This document shows positions 28,147-39,630 of a stretch of DNA of 64,000 nt, in pieces. Numbering within the stretch: position 1 is the stretch's first letter; the number at the start of each line of letters is the position of its first letter. The stretch is from an uncultured delta proteobacterium (GTDB lineage Bacteria; Desulfobacterota; Binatia; UBA9968), in the NCBI GenBank assembly GCA_963728565.1, contig CAVSLC010000012.1, positions 1 to 64,000 on the forward strand. Direction: 5' to 3'. The translations under genes and the position numbers were made by a program. The notes below the pieces were generated by a model, which saw nothing but the letters and a program-made list of their open reading frames with translations, made no database searches and was not told the origin of the DNA.

Positions 28147-30819
28147 ATGATCAAGCTACCATTATCGCTGGCATTGTTCCTAGCTTTTCTGTTTGCAAGC
28201 TTTTCCCCCGTCATGGCTGCGCAACCGACGCCACAAACCAGAGATATGTTCCGGATGAAATCATCGTCAAGTTTCGCCCGGAAGTCGATGAAAGTCAAAA
28301 AGACCTTGCGCGTTTTCGTGTATTCGGAGCGCGCAAGAAGGCTTTCAAGGTACTCCGAAACGCCGAGGTGGTTAAACTTGGCCGCGGCATAACGGTTGAA
28401 GAGGCAACTGAAATTTTGAGTAACAACCCTGATGTTTTGTACGCTGAGCCTAATTACATTGTACATACGACCGCTGTTCCAAATGAGACTCGTTTTGGCG
28501 AATTGTGGGGTCTTAACAATATAGGGCAATCGGGCGGCACGCCGGGCGCTGACATCGATGCAACCAGCGCCTGGAACATCGCGACCGGTGACAGCAATGT
28601 TATAGTTGCAATTATTGATTCCGGAGTTGATTATAATCATCCGGACCTTTCTCCTAACATGTTCCGCAACACGGCCGATTGTAACAACAATGGTATCGAC
28701 GATGACGCGAACGGCTATATCGATGATTGTTATGGTATCGATACCCAAAATAACGATTCAAATCCCATGGACGATAACAATCACGGCTCGCATGTGGCAG
28801 GGACAATCGGCGCTGCGGGAAATAACGGCATCGGCGTTGTCGGAATCAACTGGAATGTAAAGATTATGGCGTGCAAATTCGTAAACGCCAGCGGTTCTGG
28901 AAGTACGGAAGCCGCCATCGATTGCTTGGAGTACGTCAGAATCATGAGAGATCGCGGCCTGAACATTGTCGCGACGAATAATAGCTGGGGCGGAGGAGAC
29001 TTCTCACAGGCGCTGATTGATGCCATCGAACTTCAGGGCCAAAGCGGGATTCTGTTTATTACCGCTGCCGGCAATGGCAATTTCTTCGGATTGGGCTTGA
29101 ACAATGACCAGACTCCTTTTTATCCCTGCAATACTTACTTGCCCAATGTTATCTGCGTCGCTGCAACAACAAGAATCGACGGGCAGGCGGTGTTTTCAAA
29201 CTATGGCCGTCGCAACGTTCATATCGGCGCCCCAGGCAGCGAGATTTTGAGCACCATGCGCAATGGTAACTACGGAATATCGAGCGGCACATCAATGGCC
29301 ACTCCTCATGTCACCGGCGTCGCGGCACTACTAAAAGCGGCCGACCCGAGCTTCGACTGGATCGCAATTAAAAACTTGATTCTGGCCGGCGGCGACAACG
29401 TCACTTCCATGGCGAACACCGTTACGCAAAAGCGCCTTAACGCTAACGGGGCGCTAACTTGTTCCGACTCGACAGTTCTTACAAGGGTCAGACCCATCGC
29501 AAACACGATCAATGGTGAGGTCGGCACTCCGATTGATTTATCCGCATTACACATCAACTGCGCGAACCCCAACGGCAATGTCGTCATTGATGTCAATTCA
29601 GGAAGTGAAACAGTAACTCTGACCGACGACGGCGTCGGCAACGACCAAATAGCGAATGATGGAATGTATTCAGCTCAATGGACTCCTTCGTCTCACGGCA
29701 CCTTTGTCCTAACGTTTCCTGACGGCGACACCATCACAGTGACAATCGGAGAAGTCGATTCCATCACACCTAACCCGATCGATTTGGCTTCACCGCCGTC
29801 AAGCTTCACGATCACCGGCGGCGGCTTTGCCAACTTGGGCTTTGGTTTGCCGGTGGTTAACTTCTATGCATAGCACGAGTACCACGTTCATCGCCCAGGC
29901 ACGCGCTATTTCGATGAACTCCAATGGCACACTCAATCACCGTTCCTTATCCCACCAATGCTACCAGTATCTCCGGACCCTTACCCGGGCTGAGGGCGGG
30001 AACCATCACCGTAAAGGTGTTTAACCAGCACGCAAACACCGGATCTTCTCAGTGGACGCTGATCGGCAGCACAACCCTAACCGTCAGTGATACACGGCCA
30101 CCGCCTGGAGTTAGTTCCATCACTCCCAATCCCATCGACTTGGCTTCACCGCCGGCAAGCTTCACGATCACCGGCGGCGGTTTCGCCAACTTGGGCTATG
30201 GTCTGCCCGTAGCTAACTTCTATGCTGGGACGACCTTCATCGCCCAGGCACGCGCTATTTCGATCAACTCGAATGGCACATCAATCACCGTGCCTTATCC
30301 TACCAATGCTACCAGTATCTCAGGACCCCTGCCTGGGCTGAGGGCGGGAAACATCACCGTAAAGGTGTTCAACCAGCACGCAAACACCGGATCTTCTCAG
30401 TGGACGCTGATCGGCAGCACGACCCTAGCCGTCAATGATACACGGCCAGTGCCAGGAGTTGAGTTCCATCACTCCGAACCCCATCGATCTTGGCTTCACC
30501 GCCGGCAAGCTTCACGATCACCGGCGGCGGTTTCGCCAACTTGGGTTACGGGCTACCCGTAGCTAACTTCTACGCGGGGACGACCTTCATCGCCCAGGCA
30601 CGCGCTATTTCGATGAACTCGAATGGCACATCAATCACCGTGTCTTATCCTACCAATGCTACCAGTATCTCAGGACCTCTGCCTGGGCTGAGGGCGGGCA
30701 ACATCACCGTAAAGGTGTTCAACCAGCAGGCAAACACCGGATCTTCTCAGTGGACGCTGATCGGCAGCACCACGCTGGCGGTCAACGATACGCGTCTACT
30801 GGCTAAGGGAGCGAAGTAA
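28147..30819 (+). CDS. Secreted S8 subtilase with prodomain, choice-of-anchor-X-like segment and 3 C-terminal repeats; several frameshifts
   Basis: Signal peptide, 'YVPDEIIVKF' prodomain, catalytic IDSG / HGSHVAG / GTSMATPH, and 'LTDDG..DQIANDGMYS'. Breaks near 28240, 29870-29930 and 30460-30490. Confidence 0.85.
29760..30795 (+). repeat. Three near-identical ~350-bp coding repeats (starts near 29760, 30116, 30466)
   Basis: Each encodes SITPNPIDLASPP.SFTITGGGFANLG.GLP...AQARAIS.NSNGT...WTLIGSTTL.V.DTR. Confidence 0.92.
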
Positions 30820-31078
30820 ACAACATCGAAGCTATCCAGACTAGGCAATCGCTATTAAAAACGTTCTTGAAACGACTCCATGCACGGGCAGCAAGGCGGA
30901 AGTCGGAAATTGCAGACGGTATTGGCTATATAATGATAGGGAGTAGGTGAACGTTGTTGGGGTAGGACTTAGAAATCCAAGGCACCTGCCACTACGCACC
31001 CATTCTGCAAAGCATCTCTATAGGACTCTCTGTATTTGACTCATAGGTCAAAACCAATTGATGGGCGAGCTAATCTAT

Positions 31079-32608
31079 TCAACGTAGACGTTGATAAATC
31101 TTATAATCCCCGTACGATTTTATTAGATGGAATGCACCCGTGCTTAGTACGGCCTCATATAGCGGCCAAAGTTTGCGACGTGGACCGACTATAAGATATT
31201 CGGGATCTTGCGCTAACGGATCATACTCGATGGCTACTGGTTGACGAAAGATGTAACGCCGAATCAGCTGAATGTGAAGTTGATCAGGTGGGTAGTGATA
31301 TGGCCTCTCCAAAAGGAAAAAAAGCTCCGGATCGTATGTTTCAATCAGCGCATCGGAGGATGTCTCGGTGTTGAGGAAATCTGATACCTGCAATACGGAT
31401 GAATCCGCATTCGTGAAATAAGTGTAGTGAAGCATTCTTAGAGTCAAAGGTACAGATGCCGCCACGACAAGGAGAACGAGAGTGGTCACAATGCCGCGCA
31501 TTCTCAGCCAAGGGCCGCATGTACTAGAAGCGAGGGGACTACGCTGAGGACGTTGGGTTAAAGCGGACGTTAGATTCACGAGCATGGCCGCCGTGAAAAT
31601 ACTGCCGATAACCGTAACTGGAAAAAGATAACGAAGCCAACCAGCGGAAAGCATGAGGAACCAGGCAAACCAAGTGGCCGCCAAAACGAGAAGGGAGAGT
31701 TGGACAATGTCTGTTTGATTCGATACAAGAAATTGTCTTTTATCTTTCATCAACCTCCATGCGACGTAACAAAGGCCGCCGACCGTTGGGATTCCAAAGA
31801 ACACGGTGGATGATAACGCAAGCGCACGAGCCCGCGGTGCCGTGACCAGGGCGGTGACGTAATAAAGTCCTGGCAGCGGCGATAATCGGGTTGTTGCGCT
31901 GTCTAATAGAATCTGCTGTAGCCTGAGCATCGCGCGAGCCGACAAAAACGATGCACACAGTCCGACGGTGAGCAACAATATGATCTTCCAGCGTCGCGTC
32001 AACACGGCTATGGCCAAGGGAACGAGTAATGAAGCGAGCCAAAAAGGAAACACCTGTAGTTTCGTGACTAGTGCAGCCCCCCAGAAGCACGCTGACAATG
32101 GTAGGGCGATCAGAGGGCGTTTTTGCGCCGACAAAAACATCGTATAGCCCGCCAGCAGGAAGAACAACGCAGGTATTTCGCCAAGCACTTGTCTGCCCGC
32201 AAGTACAGGATGAATGTCGTGATGGAAAGGGGTAAACAGCAAGACCAGAAGAGCGGTGATCGCAACTCGGCGATCGTAAAGGTGCCGCGCTAGGTGGTAT
32301 AACAGAGCCAGGGTTGCAAGTGTGAAGAGTACGCTAGGAATCCTTCCTTGAATTAGGCCCACGCCAAAGAAGCGAAAGCTCATCGCAACAGAGGCCGTCA
32401 CCGGGAAAGCGGCCGCCAAGTCCGGAGGCGCTGGCTGTCCAAGCAAATACCTCCCATAATGTCCGTCGACAACCCAATTGCGAGCGACAGACAATGTCCA
32501 CCCCTCGTCCCACCAAACCGGCGGGGCACTATCGAGATTCACCGTTGCTAGAGCAAGGACAAAGAATCCGAAGAACCCTGCAGTCGCCCTACGCAAGTAT
32601 AATCTCAT
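31079..32608 (-). CDS. GT-C fold (ArnT/PMT-like) membrane glycosyltransferase
   Basis: 'WWDEGW' first-loop acidic motif, many TM helices, 'RYLFP'. Confidence 0.8.
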   Translation of the reverse strand: MRLYLRRATAGFFGFFVLALATVNLDSAPPVWWDEGWTLSVARNWVVDGHYGRYLLGQPAPPDLAAAFPVTASVAMSFRFFGVGLIQGRIPSVLFTLATLALLYHLARHLYDRRVAITALLVLLFTPFHHDIHPVLAGRQVLGEIPALFFLLAGYTMFLSAQKRPLIALPLSACFWGAALVTKLQVFPFWLASLLVPLAIAVLTRRWKIILLLTVGLCASFLSARAMLRLQQILLDSATTRLSPLPGLYYVTALVTAPRARALALSSTVFFGIPTVGGLCYVAWRLMKDKRQFLVSNQTDIVQLSLLVLAATWFAWFLMLSAGWLRYLFPVTVIGSIFTAAMLVNLTSALTQRPQRSPLASSTCGPWLRMRGIVTTLVLLVVAASVPLTLRMLHYTYFTNADSSVLQVSDFLNTETSSDALIETYDPELFFLLERPYHYPPDQLHIQLIRRYIFRQPVAIEYDPLAQDPEYLIVGPRRKLWPLYEAVLSTGAFHLIKSYGDYKIYQRLR

Positions 32609-32636
32609 CTCGGTAGAAGGGGAAAACTGTGGTCGA

Positions 32637-33443
32637 TCAGGAAGATTTTCGCGCGAGAATCACGTATGCTCCGCAGGTCAACTCGTCGCGGTTATAATTG
32701 GCAAGTTCACACTCGATGGCGGGCGTCAAGAACTCTTCACCCTCACGCATTGCGCAATACTTTTTGATAATTTCAAAATGTTTGGAAAAGGTCTTGAGGA
32801 ATTGGTCTTGACGCCACTCGTTCAAAGGCACGTGAAATGTTAAACGGCGTCTCCTCAAGTGATCCCAAGGCTCGACACCACTTGGAATGTTGCGAAGAGG
32901 GGTCTCTGCCAAACTGATGTTATGGCCTCCTGATAAACTCGTAAATAGATGGACCAAGACCCAAGCCACGCCCCCGGGCCGTAAAACTCGATGCATTTCC
33001 GCAACGACACCAGGGACATCGTAAAAATGCTCGAAGGCAGCGATGGAGGTCACCAAATCTAAACCGTTGGACGCCAAAGGTAATTCGGCGACGGAGCCAC
33101 AAATTAGAGAAGAATTGGAATCGCTCACGCTGATAGGGATCTTTCGAGCATACAGCCAACGGGCTAAGCGATAACTTGTTTCTACTCGACTATGTTCAGC
33201 TCGATTGTTTATGTCGATCCCATACACCTTGTGGCCTGCCGCCTTTAACAACATGTATTGGGGTCGCAAGCGGCCATTGGCAAGATCGAGGATTTTAAGC
33301 GTTGGGCAGCCGTTAAGAAAGGGAGCGATGTCTCTTTGACGCATCTCGAATAGCCATCGCTCATGTTTCTCGCGCTTTCCGTTCACGAGCTGCCACCCAT
33401 ATCGAAGCTGCTCGATGAAAGAGTTCGCGATGACGAAACGCAT
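32637..33443 (-). CDS. Class I SAM-dependent methyltransferase
   Basis: 'ILDLANG', 'AFEH', 'EMHRVLRPGG'. Confidence 0.85.
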   Translation of the reverse strand: MRFVIANSFIEQLRYGWQLVNGKREKHERWLFEMRQRDIAPFLNGCPTLKILDLANGRLRPQYMLLKAAGHKVYGIDINNRAEHSRVETSYRLARWLYARKIPISVSDSNSSLICGSVAELPLASNGLDLVTSIAAFEHFYDVPGVVAEMHRVLRPGGVAWVLVHLFTSLSGGHNISLAETPLRNIPSGVEPWDHLRRRRLTFHVPLNEWRQDQFLKTFSKHFEIIKKYCAMREGEEFLTPAIECELANYNRDELTCGAYVILARKSS

Positions 33444-33450
33444 GTTTGAT

Positions 33451-34161
33451 TTAATCTTGACAAGTGACGGGTGTTGCCAAAACAAAAAGCTCGTCACCGC
33501 GTTTGTGAGAGTTCAGCATGAACAGAGAATAAATAATCAGCGATATCGCCTTGCGAACGGGGCCGAACTGTCCGGTCGTCCCTTTACTGTCCGTTAGATC
33601 CAAGAGGTCACGATAGAGCGGCGAGTAGAACGGAAACCCCCATTGCACAACGGAGATCGCTTTCAAACCGATTGATTCAAGTTTCCTGACAAGATCTCCT
33701 GGTGCATAATTCCGGACGTGCCCAATCTGTTTCTCGAATGCGCGCATCCGTCCCTGTGGTGTCGAAACCAGCAGGTATTTGTTGGTCATTTTGCCAAGAT
33801 TCTCCATTGCGGCAATATCGTCTGGAATGTGCTCTAAGACTTCGCTACAAACAACCAAATCGAATCTTGTATCGAGTGAAGTCTGGGCGATATCGAGAAT
33901 CCGGAAATCCCCGTCGGGCATGCGCCGCCGCGCCAATTCGATCGCGGAAGACGAGACGTCCACACCCATCGGTTTGATGTGAGGGAATTCGGATTTCAAT
34001 TCCGCCAGCAGCGAGCCTGCCCCACAACCCACATCCAGTACAGATTGAAACTTAAGGGAGCAAATCATCTCTTTGATGATACGGTGTAAATGACGATGAA
34101 ACGGGCCGTAGGTTTGTACATCGCCCCAAGTGGTTTTCCATATGGCTTCGTAATCGACCAC
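33451..34161 (-). CDS. Class I SAM-dependent methyltransferase
   Basis: 'VLDVGCGAG', 'SEVLEHI', 'GHVRNY'. Confidence 0.88.
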   Translation of the reverse strand: MVDYEAIWKTTWGDVQTYGPFHRHLHRIIKEMICSLKFQSVLDVGCGAGSLLAELKSEFPHIKPMGVDVSSSAIELARRRMPDGDFRILDIAQTSLDTRFDLVVCSEVLEHIPDDIAAMENLGKMTNKYLLVSTPQGRMRAFEKQIGHVRNYAPGDLVRKLESIGLKAISVVQWGFPFYSPLYRDLLDLTDSKGTTGQFGPVRKAISLIIYSLFMLNSHKRGDELFVLATPVTCQD

Positions 34162-34265
34162 GTCCAGTTAAGCCTCATTTGAGAGAAAAGCCTCGCAGCA
34201 CGGGCTAGCATGACAATAGGCCGAACAACGGCCCAATAAATTCACGGAGGCGGAGATGGGAGAAT

Positions 34266-35471
34266 TCATTGTATGTCCTCACAAACCCGATCTTGTCGCG
34301 CCACCGACGTACATATGACGCCGCGAGCAATCTGGACGCATAAATCCAAATATCTTTGTGCCATACTTTCCCAAGAAAACTTGATCGCAATTTGTCGACT
34401 CGCCTGCCCCAACCGGTGACGCAATTCTCGATCTCCTGCCAACAAAGTTAGGTGTTCGGTTAGGGCTTGGACATTTGCCCAGGGCACAACAAACCCATTC
34501 ACATTTTCGCGTACAAGTTCCGCCGTTCCGCCGGTTTCTGTAACAATCGCCGGCAAACCCGAGGCCATCGCTTCCAAAAGTGCAATCGACATCCCCTCAT
34601 TCTGTGAAGGCAAAACAAATGCATCGGCTTCTCTATAAATCTGAGGCATCTTCTCGTTTGAGACAACGCCAACAAACTCCACTTCTTCATCTACAAACAA
34701 GTCTTTGGCTAATTTCTTGAGAGAAGCCTCCTCGTCTCCCGTTCCAACCAAAGTCAACTTGATTTCTTGCTTCAACTTGGGTCGCAAGTTCGCGAAAGCT
34801 CGAATAAGATAGGCCTGTCCCTTTCGCTCGATTAAGCGGCCCACAGAGAGGATATTGATCCTGTCACTCTCTGTTTGCTTTTCCGACGGAAAAAACAGCG
34901 TGATGTCAACGCCATTATGGACAATCGGGATGTTCGGTTTGGCTGTTGTATCATGTGCCAACCGACGATGATGATCACTGATAGCTGTTACCACGGCCGC
35001 ATGATGCCAAATATGTCGAATTAACGGTTTTAGAATTAAGTATAAATAAGTGTAGCGAGCTTCAAATCCCGGAACATCCGGCCCTTGCAAAGAAACCAAA
35101 TAAGGCAATTTGTTGGTAGAATGCAGCGCATAGCTGATCGCCCCCGCGGGCACCGTGGAAAATGCAAAGCTCAAAGCAAAACGATGCTGCCGGAGGAGTT
35201 TTCGACTGTAATCGAAGCCACGCCAAGCATAAGTCAGCAGTTCGCGGTTACTGGCATGGTGGATGTTCTTATTATCGACCGGAACTTTATATATAGTAAT
35301 TCGCTCGCCAAAGCGTTCACTCTCAAAGGTGCTACGTGATCTAGAGGAAGTTACCAAATCGATCCAGAGGTTGGGCACGGTGTTGAAGAGTCTCAGGAGG
35401 TGATAGTTGACTACACCCGTACCGCCGCCCAACGGTGGAAACTCATTGTCAAGCATCAATATACGCATCAC
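34266..35471 (-). CDS. GT4 family glycosyltransferase
   Basis: 'EFPPLGGG', 'GRLIERKG', 'EGMSIALLEAMASG'. Confidence 0.9.
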   Translation of the reverse strand: MMRILMLDNEFPPLGGGTGVVNYHLLRLFNTVPNLWIDLVTSSRSRSTFESERFGERITIYKVPVDNKNIHHASNRELLTYAWRGFDYSRKLLRQHRFALSFAFSTVPAGAISYALHSTNKLPYLVSLQGPDVPGFEARYTYLYLILKPLIRHIWHHAAVVTAISDHHRRLAHDTTAKPNIPIVHNGVDITLFFPSEKQTESDRINILSVGRLIERKGQAYLIRAFANLRPKLKQEIKLTLVGTGDEEASLKKLAKDLFVDEEVEFVGVVSNEKMPQIYREADAFVLPSQNEGMSIALLEAMASGLPAIVTETGGTAELVRENVNGFVVPWANVQALTEHLTLLAGDRELRHRLGQASRQIAIKFSWESMAQRYLDLCVQIARGVICTSVARQDRVCEDIQ

Positions 35472-36427
35472 TGCCGTCCGGTCATACGGCGCAAAATGTA
35501 AAGCGGCCGTCTTTTGGCCTCTTCAAATATGCGACCGACATATTCGCCAATGACGCCTAAAGTAATCAGTTGAATCCCGGCAAGAAAAAATATGGATACG
35601 ATAATACTGGCATACCCGGGCGGGTTTAGGCCATAGAGAAGTTTTTTTGTAAAGAAGAAAGCCGCCATGATTAGCGACAATAGGGACACGCTCAGGCCAA
35701 GCAGAGTGATGATGCGCAATGGCACATAGCTGAATGAGATCAATCCGTCCAAAGCCAGAAGCATTAACCGCTGGATTGTATATTTCGAGCTCCCAGCGTG
35801 GCGCAGCTGGCGCTCAAAGGGTACGCCTACCTGGCGCAGCCCCACCCAGCTGCGAATGCCCCGTATGAAACGATTGCGCTCGGGCATGGTTTTGAGCAAA
35901 TCCACGACCCGACGGTCCATTATACAAAAATCGCCGGCATCTAAAGGAATATCGATACTTGATACGTGGCGCAGCAAGCGATAGAACGCCGCGTAACTTG
36001 TCTTTTTGAACCAACCTTCTTTGCGCTGCGCACGCACCGCGTATACAACCTCATTGCCCTCGCGCCATTTGGCAATGAAGTCGGGCAGCACTTCCGGGGG
36101 ATCTTGCAGATCCGCGTCCATTACGGCAACAGCTCTCCCGCGCGCGAAATCGAGCCCGGCTGTGATCGCAATCTGATGACCAAAGTTGCGTGCCAGACCA
36201 ATTACCTGAATACGGTTATCCGATGCTTCCAGGTTGTTTAACATCTGCGGGCTTTCGTCGTTGCTACCGTCGTCCACGAAAAGGATTTCGAATTCGATCT
36301 TTGCACCTTCCAGCACACTTACGAGTCGGTCATAGAGCGTGGGGATGTTTTCCTCTTCGTTGTAGATCGGAACGACAACAGTCAATTCCGGCGATGACGC
36401 ATTCTCAGCCACTAGGCCAAATTTCAT
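35468..36427 (-). CDS. GT2 polyprenol-phosphate glycosyltransferase (GtrB/ArnC-like)
   Basis: 'VVPIYNEE', 'VDDGS', 'RNFGHQ', 'DADLQDPP' and two C-terminal TM helices. Confidence 0.9.
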   Translation of the reverse strand: MKFGLVAENASSPELTVVVPIYNEEENIPTLYDRLVSVLEGAKIEFEILFVDDGSNDESPQMLNNLEASDNRIQVIGLARNFGHQIAITAGLDFARGRAVAVMDADLQDPPEVLPDFIAKWREGNEVVYAVRAQRKEGWFKKTSYAAFYRLLRHVSSIDIPLDAGDFCIMDRRVVDLLKTMPERNRFIRGIRSWVGLRQVGVPFERQLRHAGSSKYTIQRLMLLALDGLISFSYVPLRIITLLGLSVSLLSLIMAAFFFTKKLLYGLNPPGYASIIVSIFFLAGIQLITLGVIGEYVGRIFEEAKRRPLYILRRMTGRQ

Positions 36428-36667
36428 ACTGCCATATTTACGGTCTTGGTCGTCAAAAATGGCTAATGACGCGATAGGCATCTGACCGGCAAGTGCTCGG
36501 CAAAAGCGCAACGCAGCTTCCGGATTATCGGTGGGAATCCGCGAAACCGACACTAGATCCGTTCGTATCTGTTCACCAAGGCTGGGTGCGGCTTTGTTCA
36601 CGAAGAATCTGGTAGACACAACAAAAGCTATACAGACCGGCATTTTAATGGGTATCCGGTTCTATGG

Positions 36668-38403
36668 CTAGCATAATTTCCGATGACCTTCGCGCCTGAA
36701 CCACGTCCATACTGAGCTATCGGTTAAGCACGGCAAGGAGTCAGACTGCGTCGAAACGGTGGTTATTGCCGGGGCGTTGATCTTTGATCTGGAGGGCGCG
36801 GTAAGGCATAGATTTTGTGCAATCCATCGCTGCTTTCGAAAACAAGCTCGGGTTCGACACTGGTACGACCGCAATAGATTCGCGAACAACTCGGCGGCAG
36901 CGACCCTTTCGCTGTATCCTTCCAGCGGATTCACGACGAGAAACCGCACGCCAAGCTTGTTCAGGCTATCCCTGATTTCCTCAACCGATCCGAGATCGGG
37001 CGTGGCGTTGCCGATAAGGATAGAAATAGGTTTCCGGACGGTGGATCCACGGTCTTACAGCCTTTCTTCCGGTGTAGAGATAGTACATCGGATCGTAGGC
37101 GGTCGCGAGAACGTCGTCGCTTCGCGTGTTCTGTTTGATCCAGGAAAAGGTCTCGCCGAAACCGGTCCATCCGTACGATGCACGAAAGCCGTGCCCACAG
37201 GGCGAGATGATTCCTCGCGGTCGAGTTGGGTATAGCTCCAGAGCCATGCCGCTGTTAAAACCACAACAATGGCGATAGGGATGCGGATTGCAAATGGAAC
37301 TATCGCGGCAGACCAAGTGTTCCGTGGCGCATGGCCGGATGACGGCGGTAGCAGCTTGCGCTCCTTGGAATAACGAAAGAAGCACGACTGGGAACAGAGG
37401 CATCAGATAGCGCGCCGGGTGCCAGGGCCAAGACAGGATCAACACGGTGTAGAGCAAGCATGAAGCCGTTAAAAAAAACATTTTGCCGCCGCAGTGATGG
37501 ACCAGAGCCCCCAGATCATCAGGGGATAGATCACGACTCTCAACTCAGGAAGAATATGAAGGAAGCATCATAGAATCCACGGTCAGAGCCGAATATAGGA
37601 GATTGGCTCCAGATAATCTGAACCGCGAGCACCGGGATCGGAGCCCGCCAAAAAAAAGGCCGGACTTTCGTACGATTGATAATAAGCAAGCAGCGGGTTC
37701 TCGACGGCGACTGAGCCGTGCATGGCCTGCCATAAGACCCAAGGGAGTATCAGGCAACCGACAACGACAACATAAAGGTAAAATTGTTTTCGTTGCCTAC
37801 CGAGAAGCGCATAAGTTAAACCGGCGAGGATCAGCGCCGCGCCGGCGCTACGAAATAAAAAAGCGCTGCCGGCGCCGGCTGCCAGAAGCACAATCGATCG
37901 CGTGCGACTGGTAAAGCCGTTTGCTGGAATTGCGACAAGGTCAAACAAAACAGCGCGGCCGCCATGAACGGGATGTCGCTCAACGGATAACTGGTCCAGG
38001 AAAAAACAAACGCATTCGCCCCGACCAAAAAAACATAGAGAAGGGCATCCGCCTTTCCTCCCTCGGTGTTCTGTACATAAAAGACATAGGCCAGCAGGAG
38101 AGACGCGAAGTAAGAAAACACTGTGACGAAATTCAGAAGCGAAATGTTACTGGGAAACTGAGGATTGAGACTCCACGCCCACGAAAGTAGATACGAATAT
38201 AAAAACGGGTACTTCGTCTGGTATGGTTCGCCGGGCAAACTAATGATTCGATATCCCTCGCCCTCGCTGAGCGCCTTTGCGACCACGGCATAAATTCCAT
38301 CATCATGGAAAAGGCCGATAATGTTTGGCGCCGAGAAAAACGCCAAAGACGACAGACCTAGCGCAAGCAGAAGAACCAGCGGCCATGCGCTTCGTAACTT
38401 CAT
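36668..38403 (-). CDS. Second GT-C-like polytopic membrane protein, broken by multiple frameshifts
   Basis: Consecutive ORF pieces: 'HDDGIYAVVAKAL..GEGYR...KYPFLY', 'LFRSAG', 'RYLMPLFP', 'DPMYYLYTGRKA'. Confidence 0.65.
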
Positions 38404-38783
38404 CGATTGTGCTATGGCGGCGCCTCGATGAAGCGCAGCTGTTGGCTCGCTCGTATGTCGCGGAATGGGAGGACGAGGACGATCAAAGGTCTGATTGAGC
38501 ATGCGATTTCCGGGTGGCGACTGGAAGGCAGTTTAAACCAGGTGCTTATTTCTCACCAGTGCTTTTTGATTTACGGCGCAGCGCTGTCAGGCCGGCAATT
38601 CTCCGCTGTGGATTCAAGACTCAACCGCGACCAGATTTATAGCTGAACATGCCTCGCATGTGTAAGGCGACTCCCCTGAAGGGCCGATGGGAAGGGTGGC
38701 AAAAGACAACTTTCTTCGTCGTCTGCGAAAGTAGCAGGCTACCGTGATCTGCCAGGCAAGAATGAGGGTGGGAACTTGGTCAT

Positions 38784-39594
38784 CTACAAGCGCAGCACAT
38801 CGTGCATCCCGTAAAGTCCAGGCTTTTGCCGGGCGAGCCACCGAGCGGCGCGGATAGCGCCGTGGGCGAAGGTGTCGCGGCTATGCGCGCGGTGGATGAA
38901 CTCGAGGCGCTCGCCGATGCCACCGAAAATCACCGTATGCTCGCCGACGATGTCGCCGGCGCGAACGGAGAGAAGAGCGATCTCTTTTTTTGATCGTTCT
39001 CCGACAATCCCTTTGCGTCCATGAATACCAACTTTGTCCAAATCACGGCTCAGCGCTCCAGCGATGGCGCGGCCGAGCGCCAGGGCCGTACCGCTGGGCG
39101 CGTCCTTCTTGAACCGGTGGTGCGCCTCGACGATCTCGACGTCGTAATCGTCGCCGAGCATTCTTCGCGGCGGTGCCGAGCAGGCTCACAAGCACATTCA
39201 CGCCCAGGCTGGTATTGGCCGACAAGAGAGCCGGCGTCCGGCGCGACAACCGTTTGATCTCCGCGGTTTGCCGAGGGTCAAACCCTGTTGTCCCGACGAC
39301 AATGGGCACGGCTTTTTTCGCCGCTGCCCTGATATAAGTCAATGAAGCCTCGGGTCGAGTGAAATCGATGATGACAGTTCCGGGTTTGAGGTAAGGCTCG
39401 ATCTTATCGCTTACAGTAATGCCGAGATTGCCGGCGGCGGAAATTTCGCCGGCGTCTTTTCCCAGCCTCGGGCTACCGGGTTTGTCGATGGCGGCAGCTA
39501 GCGCCGTTCCCGCGCTTTGCTGGATCGCGCGCACCACCGCTGTGCCCATACGGCCGCCCGCGCCGCAGACGATCAGGTTGAGATTTTTTGCCAT
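38784..39594 (-). CDS. dapB: 4-hydroxy-tetrahydrodipicolinate reductase (frameshift near 39165)
   Basis: 'GAGGRMG', 'GTTG', '[15 protein letters not shown]'. Confidence 0.93.
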
Positions 39595-39630
39595 TAGGTG
39601 GAACGAAGTCGAAGAGTCTCGGCCGGCGAT

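Noticed and set aside
29760-30795. Tandem repeats considered as a CRISPR array or DGR template/variable repeats
   Set aside because: Units are ~350 bp and protein-coding with no spacers; differences are not adenine-specific and no reverse transcriptase is present.
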